Shown: positions 22,315-33,204 of the stretch, piece after piece | How the letters are laid out: every line of letters starts with the position of its first letter | Numbering within the stretch: the first letter of the stretch is position 1 | Origin: an uncultured virus (IMG/VR IMGVR_UViG_3300042569_001723) | Taxonomy: Duplodnaviria; Heunggongvirae; Uroviricota; Caudoviricetes | Reading direction: 5' to 3' (one strand) | DNA: 64,000 nucleotides | Virus record (IMG/VR): IMGVR_UViG_3300042569_001723 | Span: 1-64,000 of that record | Translations under genes and position numbers: made by a program | The notes under the pieces: model-generated | What the model saw: the letters and a program-made list of their open reading frames with translations, nothing else | The model's database searches: none | Told to the model about the DNA's origin: nothing

Positions 22315-23697
22315 ATGCTAAACGAAGTATTTGATAAAACCAAAAACAAATTAAACGAGGTGGGATGTGGAATGTGTCTCGCAAAATGGACACAAGTAAC
22401 CTTACATCTCCAAATGGGACACACACATTCTTGTCACCATCCAAGTTCACATTTTATTCCATTATCGGAGTTAAAAAATAACCCATCCGCACTTCATAAC
22501 ACATTATTTAAAAAACAACAAAGAAAAACAATGTTGGATGGAGGTAGACCTCAAGAATGTGATTATTGTTGGAACATTGAGGATTCTTCAAACGCGTTTT
22601 CAGATAGAATTTATAAGTCATCAGAACCTTGGTCGGCACCATATTTAGATGAAATTAAATCATTGGGATGGAGAGAAAACTATAACCCCAAATATGTGGA
22701 GGTTGCATTTAGTAATCATTGTAATTTTAAATGTTCATATTGTGGACCATCATACTCTTCTCAATGGGTACAAGAAATTGACCAATTTGGACCATATAAG
22801 ACATCAACGTTATTTAATAACTATGATTATCTAAAAAACACAAATAGAATGCCAATCCCACATAGTCAAGAAAATCCATATGTGGATGCTTTTTGGAAAT
22901 GGTGGCCCGACTTATATAGAGATTTACATACATTTAGGATTACCGGCGGAGAACCTTTACTAAGTAAAGACACATTTAAAGTTTTAGATTATATCTTAGA
23001 ACAAGAGGAACCAAATAAAAATTTAAACTTATCACTAAACACTAATTTAGGAATACCAGATAAATTATTTAATAATTTTTTAGAAAAAATAAAAAGAATT
23101 ATTGATGAGGACCGAGTAAAGGATGTCATTTTATTTACAAGTGCAGATACATGGGGTCCTCAAGCGGAATATATTCGTAATGGTTTGGTGTTTAATCAAT
23201 GGTGGGATAGAATTAATATTTTATTAAAAGAAATTGAACCCTTAACCATTATCATTATGTCAACGTACAACGCATTATCGGTTCCAAATTATAAAGAGCT
23301 AATCAAAAATGTTGTAAAATTAAAAGAAGAATATCATAATCCATATCGATATTATGGATCTTCGATTATGTTGGATTCTTCGTATCTAAGATGGCCACAA
23401 CACCAAACGGTTAAAATATTGGGAAGTGAATGGAACCATGTTGTTAAAGAACAGGCTCAATTAATGGATTTTTATGAACAAACAAGAGTTGGTTTAGATG
23501 GATTTGGATTTACTGATATCGAAATCAATAAAGTTAATAGAATATATGATTGGATGTTAAACGATGAAAACGATAATAATCTATTGAATAATAGGAAAGA
23601 TTTCCGTATATTCGTTGATGAACACGATAAGAGAAGAGGAACCAACTTCATAAAAACATTTCCCGAATTTGAGGAATTTTATAATAAAATAAAATAA
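22315..23697 (+). CDS. Twitch/SPASM-domain radical SAM protein
   Basis: N-term CLAKW..SCHH..ECDYCW; CNFKCSYC; ITGGEP. Confidence 0.85.
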   Translation: MLNEVFDKTKNKLNEVGCGMCLAKWTQVTLHLQMGHTHSCHHPSSHFIPLSELKNNPSALHNTLFKKQQRKTMLDGGRPQECDYCWNIEDSSNAFSDRIYKSSEPWSAPYLDEIKSLGWRENYNPKYVEVAFSNHCNFKCSYCGPSYSSQWVQEIDQFGPYKTSTLFNNYDYLKNTNRMPIPHSQENPYVDAFWKWWPDLYRDLHTFRITGGEPLLSKDTFKVLDYILEQEEPNKNLNLSLNTNLGIPDKLFNNFLEKIKRIIDEDRVKDVILFTSADTWGPQAEYIRNGLVFNQWWDRINILLKEIEPLTIIIMSTYNALSVPNYKELIKNVVKLKEEYHNPYRYYGSSIMLDSSYLRWPQHQTVKILGSEWNHVVKEQAQLMDFYEQTRVGLDGFGFTDIEINKVNRIYDWMLNDENDNNLLNNRKDFRIFVDEHDKRRGTNFIKTFPEFEEFYNKIK

Positions 23698-24347
23698 TGA
23701 TTTTTAATAAAAGAGCGTATTTTATACCAGAACAAACAAAGAATCAAACAAATACAAAAACGTTTGATAGTCTTGAAAATGAATTCTCATTTTATGCCGA
23801 ATTCAAGTTAGATAAATTTGAAGAAGAGGAATCACTTATTATTGGTAGGTTAGGTCATCATATGGGAATTTTTGTTCAAAAACCAAACGTAGTTAAATTT
23901 ACTTGGTATACTGAACCTGACGTTTATAATGATATTTGGGTACCTGTTGATGATATACATAAACAAATGAAAATCCTCGTTTCTGTGTCTGATGTTGTTA
24001 AGTTATATGTAGATGGAGAACTAAAAGGGGAGAAAACAAAGGGTAATTTAAAATCATATAAGAATAAGAACATATACATCGGATCAATAAGTCCATATGG
24101 TGAAAGTAATCCGTGTTGGTTTAACGGTGAAATAAATAAAGTTTGCGTGTTTGATAAATCAATAGAAAACTTTGATGAAAATTCAAAAAGTTTATTTTTA
24201 AATTTTGATTTTAATAATAATTCAAAGTTTAAAACATTTGATTTAAGTAACAATGGTAATCATGGAATTTATGTTGAGAATCCAGAATATGTTGCACATT
24301 CAATAAATGAATTTAATAAAATAGCTCCAGGAGCTAGAATTATATAA
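23697..24347 (+). CDS. Stand-alone LamG-like domain protein
   Basis: KLYVDGEL, IYIGS, FNGEI, DLSNNGNHG. Confidence 0.65.
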   Translation: MIFNKRAYFIPEQTKNQTNTKTFDSLENEFSFYAEFKLDKFEEEESLIIGRLGHHMGIFVQKPNVVKFTWYTEPDVYNDIWVPVDDIHKQMKILVSVSDVVKLYVDGELKGEKTKGNLKSYKNKNIYIGSISPYGESNPCWFNGEINKVCVFDKSIENFDENSKSLFLNFDFNNNSKFKTFDLSNNGNHGIYVENPEYVAHSINEFNKIAPGARII

Positions 24348-24348
24348 T

Positions 24349-25911
24349 ATGGGAATATTCGCTAAAAAAGGAGATGAAACCTATCAACAATACAGAGATA
24401 GGGCAATTAATTCTGTATCTCCAGCATTTTGTGGTGCTAAATGGTATAATGCAACTATTTGGTTGGGTAATGGGACGACAGCTAGTTGTCATCATCCACC
24501 GGCACATAAAATTCCATTGGAGGAAGTAGCAACAAGTTACAAAGCACTTCATAACACAAGTTATAAGAAACTAATACGTAAGCAGATGCTTGAGGGTGAA
24601 AGACCTAAAGAGTGTGAATATTGTTGGAAAATTGAAGATTTGGGTTCTGATAAAGTTTCTGATAGAGTTTATAAATCAGTAATATATACAGATCAAGAAT
24701 TAAAAGATGCAAAATCTAAGTTTGGGTGGGAAGAAGATGTTGATTTAAAAACATTAGAAATTGCTTTCGACCCAAATTGTAATTTTGGTTGTTCATATTG
24801 TAATGCATCATTTTCAACAACATGGCAAAATGATATAAAGAAAAATGGACCATACCAAAACTTAGTAAGTGATGGTGCCGCAGCATTCCAACACGATGGT
24901 GGTCATTCTATGCCTTATGGTAAAAAGAACGAAGGGAATCCATATGTTGAAGCGTTTTGGAAATGGTGGGAAGGTGAATTACAACATAGTTTACGTGAAT
25001 TACGTGTAACAGGCGGAGAACCAACAATGTCACAAGATTTTTGGAAATTAATGAAGTGGTGGGAAACACATAAAGAATGTGAAGTTGAATTTGCTGTAAA
25101 CTCTAATTTAGGACAAAAGGACGAATTATTGAATGAGTTGATTAAATCAAGTCACAATATTAAGTCGTTTCATTTATATACTTCATGTGAAGCAACTGGA
25201 TTACAGGCGGAATATATTCGATACAATTTAGTTTGGGAAAAATGGTTATCAAACATGTATAGAGTTTGCGAAGAGGGTAATATTAAATCTTTAAATGTAA
25301 TGATGACAATAAATGCGTTATGTTTATTTTCATTAACAGAATTCATGGACGAAGTTATTAAAATGAAACAAAAATTCGGGGACCATTTCCCAATATGTTC
25401 ATTTAACATATTACGTTTTCCAAGTTTTCAATCTATTGTTACATTACCTCACGATATCAGAATGGAGAGAGCTTCTCATATTGAAAAATGGTTGGAGAAT
25501 AACGTAAAGAATTTATTGGAAATGGAAAGAGATGGAATTTTAAGACTAATCACATATATTAGAGAAATAGAAACAGGACATAGTCATACATCGTCAATTG
25601 AAACAAGAGAAAGGGATTGGAAATCATTCTATATGCAATATGATATTAGAAGAAATAAAGATTTTATTGCTGCTTTCCCAATGTTAAAAGAATGGTGGGA
25701 TACCATTCCCGAAACTAAATTAGAACCGATTATTTTAGGTACCGTTGATGGAGACGATGCAAAATCTAATAGATACGTTAACGAAGTGTTAGAGACCGCC
25801 AAAAAAGAAGGTTGGGTTCTTAATCCACAAAATGCCAATCCAGGATCACAAGAGTATGTTGAGTTAGATATCCAAGACGAGATGTTAAATTTTATTAAAA
25901 ATGAAGAATAA
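24349..25911 (+). CDS. Twitch/SPASM-domain radical SAM protein (paralogue of 22315)
   Basis: CGAKW..SCHHP..ECEYCW; CNFGCSYC; VTGGEP. Confidence 0.85.
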   Translation: MGIFAKKGDETYQQYRDRAINSVSPAFCGAKWYNATIWLGNGTTASCHHPPAHKIPLEEVATSYKALHNTSYKKLIRKQMLEGERPKECEYCWKIEDLGSDKVSDRVYKSVIYTDQELKDAKSKFGWEEDVDLKTLEIAFDPNCNFGCSYCNASFSTTWQNDIKKNGPYQNLVSDGAAAFQHDGGHSMPYGKKNEGNPYVEAFWKWWEGELQHSLRELRVTGGEPTMSQDFWKLMKWWETHKECEVEFAVNSNLGQKDELLNELIKSSHNIKSFHLYTSCEATGLQAEYIRYNLVWEKWLSNMYRVCEEGNIKSLNVMMTINALCLFSLTEFMDEVIKMKQKFGDHFPICSFNILRFPSFQSIVTLPHDIRMERASHIEKWLENNVKNLLEMERDGILRLITYIREIETGHSHTSSIETRERDWKSFYMQYDIRRNKDFIAAFPMLKEWWDTIPETKLEPIILGTVDGDDAKSNRYVNEVLETAKKEGWVLNPQNANPGSQEYVELDIQDEMLNFIKNEE

Positions 25912-26812
25912 AAAAGTATTACTAACTTGTGGGGATAGTTTTACATTCGGCAGTGAAATTGTAAATCCAGAATTTTTATTAGAACCAACTGTACCTAATA
26001 AACAGGTTCAATATAATGGGAAAATAAAACACTGTTATGATACCAAAAATGACGATTATAGGTTGCAAAGAATATGGCCAACATATTTGGGTGAGATGTT
26101 GGGTGTAGGTAAAGTTATTAACATTGCTAAACCAGCAGTCGGTAATAGATGGATTAAAAATACAACAATCGGTTGGTTATTGGAAAATTATATTTCACAA
26201 AAAAAATCAACTGAGGAATTGTTATTAATAGTTGGTTGGACTACCACTGTTAGAAGAGAGTTTTTTTTTAATGAAGACAATAAGATTATTGAGGCAACAT
26301 TAAACTCACATGGTGATTTTAATTTGCAAAGTAAAAACCTTCAAAATTTTTTTAAGGAGTATCTATTGAGTATACATAATGAATACGAAGGTGTGTATGA
26401 TTTTATCAATTTAAATTTTGAGTTAATCGAATTTTGTGAAAAATACAAAATAAAATATCTTTGTTTCAATGCACTACCAAATGACCATATTCTAAAAAAG
26501 GTAGAGACTTATTTTGAAGATTTAAATATTGATGAATATATTAATAAATTTAATTATATTAATCCACTATGGGGTAGAAATTTACAAAATGAATGTAAAA
26601 TAAAATGGGATATGGTAACAAAATCAACATTTTTATTTAAAGATGAGAGATTAAATTCTTTTAGAAATTATATTATGAAATTACCATTACAAGATAGACT
26701 TTTTGGTACTCACCCTTCCCCCAAATCACATAAAGTTTGGGCAGACTTACTATATGGATGGATTGTTAACAATAAAGTTGAGTTTAAAGATATATTTAAA
26801 AAATTAGTATAA
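25901..26812 (+). CDS. SGNH/GDSL-like protein
   Basis: GDSFTFG, NIAKPAVGN, IVGWT, terminal HPSPKSHKVWA. Confidence 0.65.
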   Translation: MKNKKVLLTCGDSFTFGSEIVNPEFLLEPTVPNKQVQYNGKIKHCYDTKNDDYRLQRIWPTYLGEMLGVGKVINIAKPAVGNRWIKNTTIGWLLENYISQKKSTEELLLIVGWTTTVRREFFFNEDNKIIEATLNSHGDFNLQSKNLQNFFKEYLLSIHNEYEGVYDFINLNFELIEFCEKYKIKYLCFNALPNDHILKKVETYFEDLNIDEYINKFNYINPLWGRNLQNECKIKWDMVTKSTFLFKDERLNSFRNYIMKLPLQDRLFGTHPSPKSHKVWADLLYGWIVNNKVEFKDIFKKLV

Positions 26813-28560
26813 TGAGAATCGCTGTTTGTTTTTCTGGCCAAATGAGAACCGCATTAGAAGCTCATACATCTATTATGCGATTTTTAGGTAATCAATTACC
26901 CAATGTGGATTTTTTCTTCCACACATGGGACATTAAATCAGAAAAAAAACTATTTGGTGATTTAAGAGATGAAACGCATTATACCGACCAACAGTATGAA
27001 TCTATAAATAAATTATTAAAAATTGTTAAAGTATATGAACCTAAAAAGTATGTGGTTGAAAATTTCAGCAGTTTTAAAAACGAAAAAAATAATCCAGCAT
27101 TATGGTATTCTTGGTATAAATCTTTAAAGTTAGTTAGAGATTTTGAAAAAGAAAATGGGTTTAAATATGATGTAGTTATTAAAATGAGGTTTGATGTAAT
27201 TTATAAACCTGATATGGTTTTAGATGATTTATTTGTAAAATATTTAAGTAGAATCGAAAGCGGAGAGTTTTTTGCTGACTCAATATGGAAATTAGATGAA
27301 GAAATAAATCAAGATATGATACATGATGTTTTTTATATTCATAACTCCAAAATCATTGATAAATTAAATCTTTTTTATACCTATCATATTTCGAAAATAA
27401 CAGAAGAAGAAAATTACCATAGAATTTTTGGAACATTTTTAAAAAATCAAGGAATACCTTTTGATGAATGCTTGCCTGAAAAAGATAAAATTTGGTCTCC
27501 ATTACGAGAAATGTCATTAAATTTTTTTGATGCTAATAGTGATTTCAATAAAATAGTGGAATGTAATAGAATTTTATATAACCACGACTACCAATATTTA
27601 GAAGATGTTCGTCATATTGACTATGATACTTTACATATGTTAAAAGAATACACATTAAAACATATGAATTTCGCACCTAACGTTCTCGGTAATCTTAAAC
27701 CATTGAAAATAGCCATTTGTATGAGTGGACAAATTAGAACATGGGATAAGTGTTATCAGAATGTGTTTAAAATAATAAAAAAATTAAAAAGAACTGGATC
27801 AAATATTGATTTTTTCTGTCATAGTTGGGATTTTGATAGTAATTCACATCCAATTTTAGTTAATACTGGTAAAGATAAAATAATTCCATACGATGTGAAG
27901 ATACTTAATCAAATATTATCAATCTATGAACCTAAAGACCATTTGTTTGAAAATTATGAAAAAAATAAACAAGTGGTTGAATCCATTAAAAAAGAGGGTT
28001 ATAAGTATAAAAATAAAACACCAATAACTTGGAGCTCTCAACAATTTTATTCGTTAATGCGGGCTGCTGAAATGAAAAGAAAATATGAAATTGATAATGG
28101 ATTTGAATATGATGTTTGTATTAGATTGAGATATGACCAATATATACAAGAAACCGATATTGATTATATTATTAGTATGATTTTAAATGTGAAACCAAAT
28201 TGTGTTTTAACTATGCACAATCGGCCACATACAACGTATCCTTTTACAGTCTATGGGGATGTTTTTTGGATTTGTAATTCTTTAACTTATGATAAAATCG
28301 CATCTTTTTACCGAGCGTTACCAACCATTGATAGTAACCTGTTTACCGAAGGTATGGATACGCCTCCTGAAAATGTTTTAACTCATTATATTAACGATTT
28401 AAATATTAAAAACAAAGAAATGTTCATTGATTCGAGAATATGTAAAACTAAAGATTCTATTCAAAAGAAATTAGACTTAGGGTTACCGGGATTGGGTAAT
28501 AATGAAATTTTTTATGAAGATATTATTAATGATAACCAAATTAAATGCAAAATAATATGA
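26812..28560 (+). CDS. Protein with two tandem copies of a putative glycosyltransferase domain
   Basis: IAVCFSGQMR...DFFFHTWD...YDVVIKMRFD repeated as IAICMSGQIR...DFFCHSWD...YDVCIRLRYD. Confidence 0.6.
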   Translation: MRIAVCFSGQMRTALEAHTSIMRFLGNQLPNVDFFFHTWDIKSEKKLFGDLRDETHYTDQQYESINKLLKIVKVYEPKKYVVENFSSFKNEKNNPALWYSWYKSLKLVRDFEKENGFKYDVVIKMRFDVIYKPDMVLDDLFVKYLSRIESGEFFADSIWKLDEEINQDMIHDVFYIHNSKIIDKLNLFYTYHISKITEEENYHRIFGTFLKNQGIPFDECLPEKDKIWSPLREMSLNFFDANSDFNKIVECNRILYNHDYQYLEDVRHIDYDTLHMLKEYTLKHMNFAPNVLGNLKPLKIAICMSGQIRTWDKCYQNVFKIIKKLKRTGSNIDFFCHSWDFDSNSHPILVNTGKDKIIPYDVKILNQILSIYEPKDHLFENYEKNKQVVESIKKEGYKYKNKTPITWSSQQFYSLMRAAEMKRKYEIDNGFEYDVCIRLRYDQYIQETDIDYIISMILNVKPNCVLTMHNRPHTTYPFTVYGDVFWICNSLTYDKIASFYRALPTIDSNLFTEGMDTPPENVLTHYINDLNIKNKEMFIDSRICKTKDSIQKKLDLGLPGLGNNEIFYEDIINDNQIKCKII

Positions 28561-29213
28561 AAAATTTATGGACATTTGGATGTTCATTCACACATGGTGA
28601 CGGGACATTGGTAGATGATTTATATAGACAAAAATATAAAATTAGTGAAGATGACTTACCATGGACCCAACTACTATCCAATGAGTTAAATTTAAATTTA
28701 ATTAATAAAGGGTTAGGTGGATTGTCTAACGAATCTATTTTAGATTTACTAATTAATAATTGGGATTTTATTAATGCAGATGATATTGTGATTATTGGTA
28801 AAACATGGTCACATAGGTTTGACTTTCCTAAAAAAATTGGAAGTATTGAACCACAATCAATCGTATACCGAGGTGGAGAAAGTGATGTTAAAAAGTGGTT
28901 TGATGATTTAACAGTTGGAATTTTTAGCTATACTCAAATAGAATGTATAAAAACATTTTCTGTAGAATTTGCAACACAACCATTATATTCTAATAGACAT
29001 GATAATCGTTTTAATTTTATTAAAAATAGATTAATAAAAGATAAAAAAGTTAAAATTTGTTATATATGGGATGTTGAAAAATTATGGAATAAATATGATT
29101 TGATTGTTAATGCAACTAATAATGAAATAATAGACCATCATTGGTCATATAAAGGACATAATAATTTTTTTAAAGATATCTTAAACATAATACAAACACC
29201 AAAATTAATATGA
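28545..29213 (+). CDS. SGNH/GDSL-like protein
   Basis: FGCSFTHG, NKGLGGLSN, DHHWSYKGH; true start may be the second Met. Confidence 0.65.
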   Translation: MQNNMKNLWTFGCSFTHGDGTLVDDLYRQKYKISEDDLPWTQLLSNELNLNLINKGLGGLSNESILDLLINNWDFINADDIVIIGKTWSHRFDFPKKIGSIEPQSIVYRGGESDVKKWFDDLTVGIFSYTQIECIKTFSVEFATQPLYSNRHDNRFNFIKNRLIKDKKVKICYIWDVEKLWNKYDLIVNATNNEIIDHHWSYKGHNNFFKDILNIIQTPKLI

Positions 29214-29905
29214 AATTAGCGGTACTTGTTTATGGTATGTATAGGGAATTTGACATTGCGGTTAAATCATGGGATTTTTTAAACCACATAGATTCCGACG
29301 TGTATTTCTCAACGTGGGATAAATCAGTACAAAAAAATAATAGATTAAATATAACCATAGACGAAGAGGTAAGTGAAGAAAGAATAAAAAAACATATACC
29401 AAATGCCGTCACCTCTGTTCAATCCGAAGATGGGTTTATGGACCTAACAAACCCACAAAAGTTAATTTATCATTGGAAGAACTGTTTAAAAATGGTAAAA
29501 GAAAGCGGTAAGGAATATGATTTGATAATGATAACTAGACCAGACACCTATAAAGTAATAAGTGAACCACATCATAGAATTTTTAATTACAATAAACCAA
29601 ATACCGTATATGGTTTGGAAAAAATAAAATTCAATAACGACGAACCATTCATACAAGATATCTTTTTTATTGGTAACTTTAATATAATGTCAAATCTTAT
29701 TGAAACAATCCCAACTAACATCACATCAATACACCAAGATTTGTCTAAACACATTTTAAATTTGGGTTATGTTGTTAATACTGTTGAACATATGTATATG
29801 GCAACAACCAGAGCAAATGTTAGGGGAATGAAGGAACTAAACATAAAAAATGTTTTTGAGAAGACCATGGAATGGGGGGATAATCAAGAACAATATAAAA
29901 ATTAA
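29210..29905 (+). CDS. Putative glycosyltransferase, single-domain relative of 26812
   Basis: LAVLVYGMYR, DVYFSTWD, YDLIMITRPD, QDIFFIG. Confidence 0.55.
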   Translation: MKLAVLVYGMYREFDIAVKSWDFLNHIDSDVYFSTWDKSVQKNNRLNITIDEEVSEERIKKHIPNAVTSVQSEDGFMDLTNPQKLIYHWKNCLKMVKESGKEYDLIMITRPDTYKVISEPHHRIFNYNKPNTVYGLEKIKFNNDEPFIQDIFFIGNFNIMSNLIETIPTNITSIHQDLSKHILNLGYVVNTVEHMYMATTRANVRGMKELNIKNVFEKTMEWGDNQEQYKN

Positions 29906-29907
29906 AC

Positions 29908-31812
29908 ATGAAAACAATTTTTAAACCTTGGGGTAAAGAAGAGTGGTTGGAGTTAAATGAAGTTTATTGTTATAAAAGAATTTATATCAATGCTGGTTAT
30001 AAAACATCTTACCAATATCATAACTTTAAAAGAGAAACAAATTATATCATCTCAGGACAGGCTGAAATATGGTTAGAGAATGAGGAAGGTGTGGTAGAGA
30101 AAAAGATAATGGGTCCCGGTGAATTCTATAACGTAAGACCACCCAAGAAACACAGGGTTATAGCACTTACTGATTTAATTATGCAAGAAGTGTCAACCCC
30201 TGAGGTTGATGACGTAATTAGAATTGAGGACGACACTAATCGTGCCGATGGTAAGATTGAGGGTGAACATAAGAATCCTGCGGTTTTAATTACCTGTGCT
30301 GGATTAGGTAGTAGATTAAAGAAGTTAACAAAAGACATTAATAAAACTCTATTACCGATTAATAATAAAGCAATCATATCACATATAATTGATATGTTCC
30401 CACCCACATATGATTTTGTAATTGCGTTGGGGTATCAAGGAAATTCTATTAAAGATTATTGTAAAATCACACACCCCAATCACAAATTTACATTTGTTGA
30501 AGTTGATAAATATGAAGGTGAAGGTACGGGTCCTGGATATAGTACACTACAATGTAAAGAACATCTTCAAAAACCATTTTACTTTATTATGGGTGACTGT
30601 TTGATTGATTCACCATTACCTTATATTGATGGAAATTGGTTGGGAGTACAACCAACGTCGTTTCCAGAAAAATACTCAACCATATCTGTTGATAACAATG
30701 ACAATATACTATCATTAGTTAATAAGAACGAAAACGGTAACGATTTAGCGTTTATTGGTTTAGGTGGGATTTTTAATTACGAAACATTTTGGAGTGAGTT
30801 GGAGAAGAACATTAAAGACGGTGAATTGGTTTGTGCATTTGAAAATCCAAAAATATTCCCAACACTAAAAATAAAAAAATTAAAATGGCTGGATACAGGT
30901 AATTTAGATGATTTAGAAAGGGCTAAGGAACATTTTAAAGATAACCCATTATCGTTAAAAAAAGACACAAGTGAAATAACATATAAAGATAATAACGTAT
31001 TTTTAAAGTTCACCCCAAACAAAAAATCATTAAACAATAGGATCATTAGGGCAAAACATTTGGAGGGATTGATACCCTTAGGATTTGGACACAGTGACAG
31101 TTTTATGTACTATGATTGGAACGAAGGTAAACCACCATACGAATTAGATAATTTAGATGTTTATACATCCTTTTTAAACGTTTTTAAAGAACAATTAAAA
31201 ACAACCGTTACAAATTCGGAATCAGATTTACATACGTTTTATGAACTAAAAACAAATGATAGGATGAATATGTTTTTAGGTAAATACGGTAATGATTATT
31301 ACAACTTAGAACATGAGATAAACGGAGTTAAAAGAACGGCAATGAAAACAATCCTTGATAAGTTTGACTTTACTAAGTTCAATAAAAACCCATTTTACAC
31401 AAAATTTCATGGTGATCTTCATTTTGATAATATGATTTATAATGAAAATGAAAATAAATACTATTACATAGATTGGAGGGATTCTTTCGGTGATTCTGTC
31501 GATTCTGGTGACATTTATTATGATTTATCTAAAATGTATGGTGGGTTATTAATACCATATGATTTAATGAGAGACGAAGATAAAATAACATATAACGAAG
31601 GTTCATATTCTATTAATTTTTCATACCCAATTTCAGAAAATTTAATTAAATTTAAGAATGTTTATGAAAATTGGATTTTACAAAATGGGTATGATTTAGA
31701 TTTAATTAAACAAATAACAGGATTAATATATCTAAACATGTCACCACTTCACGATGGTAAATTTGGTAAAATGTTATGGTTTAAATCAATTGAAATGTTA
31801 GAAAATGAATGA
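29908..31812 (+). CDS. Fusion of cupin, sugar-phosphate nucleotidyltransferase and choline/aminoglycoside-kinase-like domains
   Basis: KPWG..SYQYH..K.ET..HR..EVSTP cupin; CAGLGSRL..NKTL NTP transferase; FHGDLHFDN..IDWR..YDLSK kinase. Confidence 0.8.
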   Translation: MKTIFKPWGKEEWLELNEVYCYKRIYINAGYKTSYQYHNFKRETNYIISGQAEIWLENEEGVVEKKIMGPGEFYNVRPPKKHRVIALTDLIMQEVSTPEVDDVIRIEDDTNRADGKIEGEHKNPAVLITCAGLGSRLKKLTKDINKTLLPINNKAIISHIIDMFPPTYDFVIALGYQGNSIKDYCKITHPNHKFTFVEVDKYEGEGTGPGYSTLQCKEHLQKPFYFIMGDCLIDSPLPYIDGNWLGVQPTSFPEKYSTISVDNNDNILSLVNKNENGNDLAFIGLGGIFNYETFWSELEKNIKDGELVCAFENPKIFPTLKIKKLKWLDTGNLDDLERAKEHFKDNPLSLKKDTSEITYKDNNVFLKFTPNKKSLNNRIIRAKHLEGLIPLGFGHSDSFMYYDWNEGKPPYELDNLDVYTSFLNVFKEQLKTTVTNSESDLHTFYELKTNDRMNMFLGKYGNDYYNLEHEINGVKRTAMKTILDKFDFTKFNKNPFYTKFHGDLHFDNMIYNENENKYYYIDWRDSFGDSVDSGDIYYDLSKMYGGLLIPYDLMRDEDKITYNEGSYSINFSYPISENLIKFKNVYENWILQNGYDLDLIKQITGLIYLNMSPLHDGKFGKMLWFKSIEMLENE

Positions 31813-32584
31813 GACGTTATGGACATATGGTTGTAGTTGGACTAATTGGGATGAACTATTAGAAAAACATAAGGATTTTAAATTTTGGCCCAATATAGTT
31901 GCAAATAATTTTAATTATAATTTGATAAATCGTGGAGAAGGGGGAATATCAATAAATCAATCATTTGTAAAACTATTAAAAGATTTACCACTGATAAAAA
32001 AAAATGATATTATTATATTTGAATTCACATACCCCAATCGATATCATTTAAATTATATAATTGAAAATAACCCATTAAAATCTTGGGATTGTAATATTGC
32101 ATGTGATTATAATAAAGGGGTTGTTAGCAAATTTGATGTACACACCATTGATTATTTTAAAAGTGAAAAATTTTATAGTGAAGAAAAAATATTAAATTAT
32201 TTAGATTTCGTCACCGATTTTAATGATGAATTATTATTAAATGATTTTTTTACCGCTATTAATGTTTTTGATTATATTGAAAATACAATAGGAGCTAAAG
32301 TAAAATATTGGTTTTTAAAAATTTTTAATACTGAAACTACCGAATCAAAAATGGAAAAATTAACATATAGTGTGTGGAATAAAGATAGAATAATATCATT
32401 TCCTAATGGGGATAAGAATATTGATGCTACAGACTTTATAACAAAAATGAAACTTTTATTTAATGATGATAATGATATAAATTTAAAATGGGTAGATAAC
32501 GATTACCACCCAAATCAACTAGGACATTATACAATTGCAAATCATGTGATTAGTTCACTAAATAACAACGAAAAAACTATATGA
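31805..32584 (+). CDS. SGNH/GDSL-like protein
   Basis: YGCSWT, NRGEGG, DYHPNQLGH. Confidence 0.65.
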   Translation: MNETLWTYGCSWTNWDELLEKHKDFKFWPNIVANNFNYNLINRGEGGISINQSFVKLLKDLPLIKKNDIIIFEFTYPNRYHLNYIIENNPLKSWDCNIACDYNKGVVSKFDVHTIDYFKSEKFYSEEKILNYLDFVTDFNDELLLNDFFTAINVFDYIENTIGAKVKYWFLKIFNTETTESKMEKLTYSVWNKDRIISFPNGDKNIDATDFITKMKLLFNDDNDINLKWVDNDYHPNQLGHYTIANHVISSLNNNEKTI

Positions 32585-33204
32585 TAAATAAAGATACCAA
32601 ATTATATGGTTCATTTTCAGATAATCCAGGTAACAACGGGTGTGTTTTTTTTAATGACGCATTTAAAAAACACAACATTAATTCGATATATAAATCGTTT
32701 TATTCAAATGATATTGAAAAGACAATCCAATCGGTTAAACACTTAAGGTTTTCTGGTTTTGCTCTGAGTATGCCGTTAAAAATATCAGTATACGATTATT
32801 TAGATGAGTATGACGAATCAGTAATTAATATAGGTTCATGTAACACCGTAATCATAGAAAATGAAAAATTATACGGATATAATACCGATTGGATTGGTGT
32901 TTATAAATTCTTTGAAAATCAAGACTTAAAACACGTCAACATAATTGGTACAGGAGGGTTTGCAAAATCCATTATGTATGCATTTTCAAAACTAAACATT
33001 AACTTTTCAATAATATCAAGGAAAGACATACCCACTATTGATGATGTTGAAAATCAATATTTTATAAATGCAACACCAACAGAAATAGAATCTAATAAAA
33101 ACACCATAATTGACGGTAGGCCATCAACTAAAGATGGAAAAACTATTTTTACCCATCAAGCAAAAGAACAATTTAAATTGTATACAGGAATAGATTATGT
33201 GTAA
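32581..33204 (+). CDS. Shikimate dehydrogenase (AroE)-like NAD(P)-dependent oxidoreductase
   Basis: SMPLK, GSCNT, GYNTDWIG, IGTGGFA, INATP, QA..QF.LYTG. Confidence 0.75.
   Translation: MINKDTKLYGSFSDNPGNNGCVFFNDAFKKHNINSIYKSFYSNDIEKTIQSVKHLRFSGFALSMPLKISVYDYLDEYDESVINIGSCNTVIIENEKLYGYNTDWIGVYKFFENQDLKHVNIIGTGGFAKSIMYAFSKLNINFSIISRKDIPTIDDVENQYFINATPTEIESNKNTIIDGRPSTKDGKTIFTHQAKEQFKLYTGIDYV

Noticed and set aside
32581..33204. Aromatic amino-acid auxiliary metabolism via aroE
   Set aside because: No other shikimate-pathway genes; context is sugar and surface modification, so no gene symbol assigned
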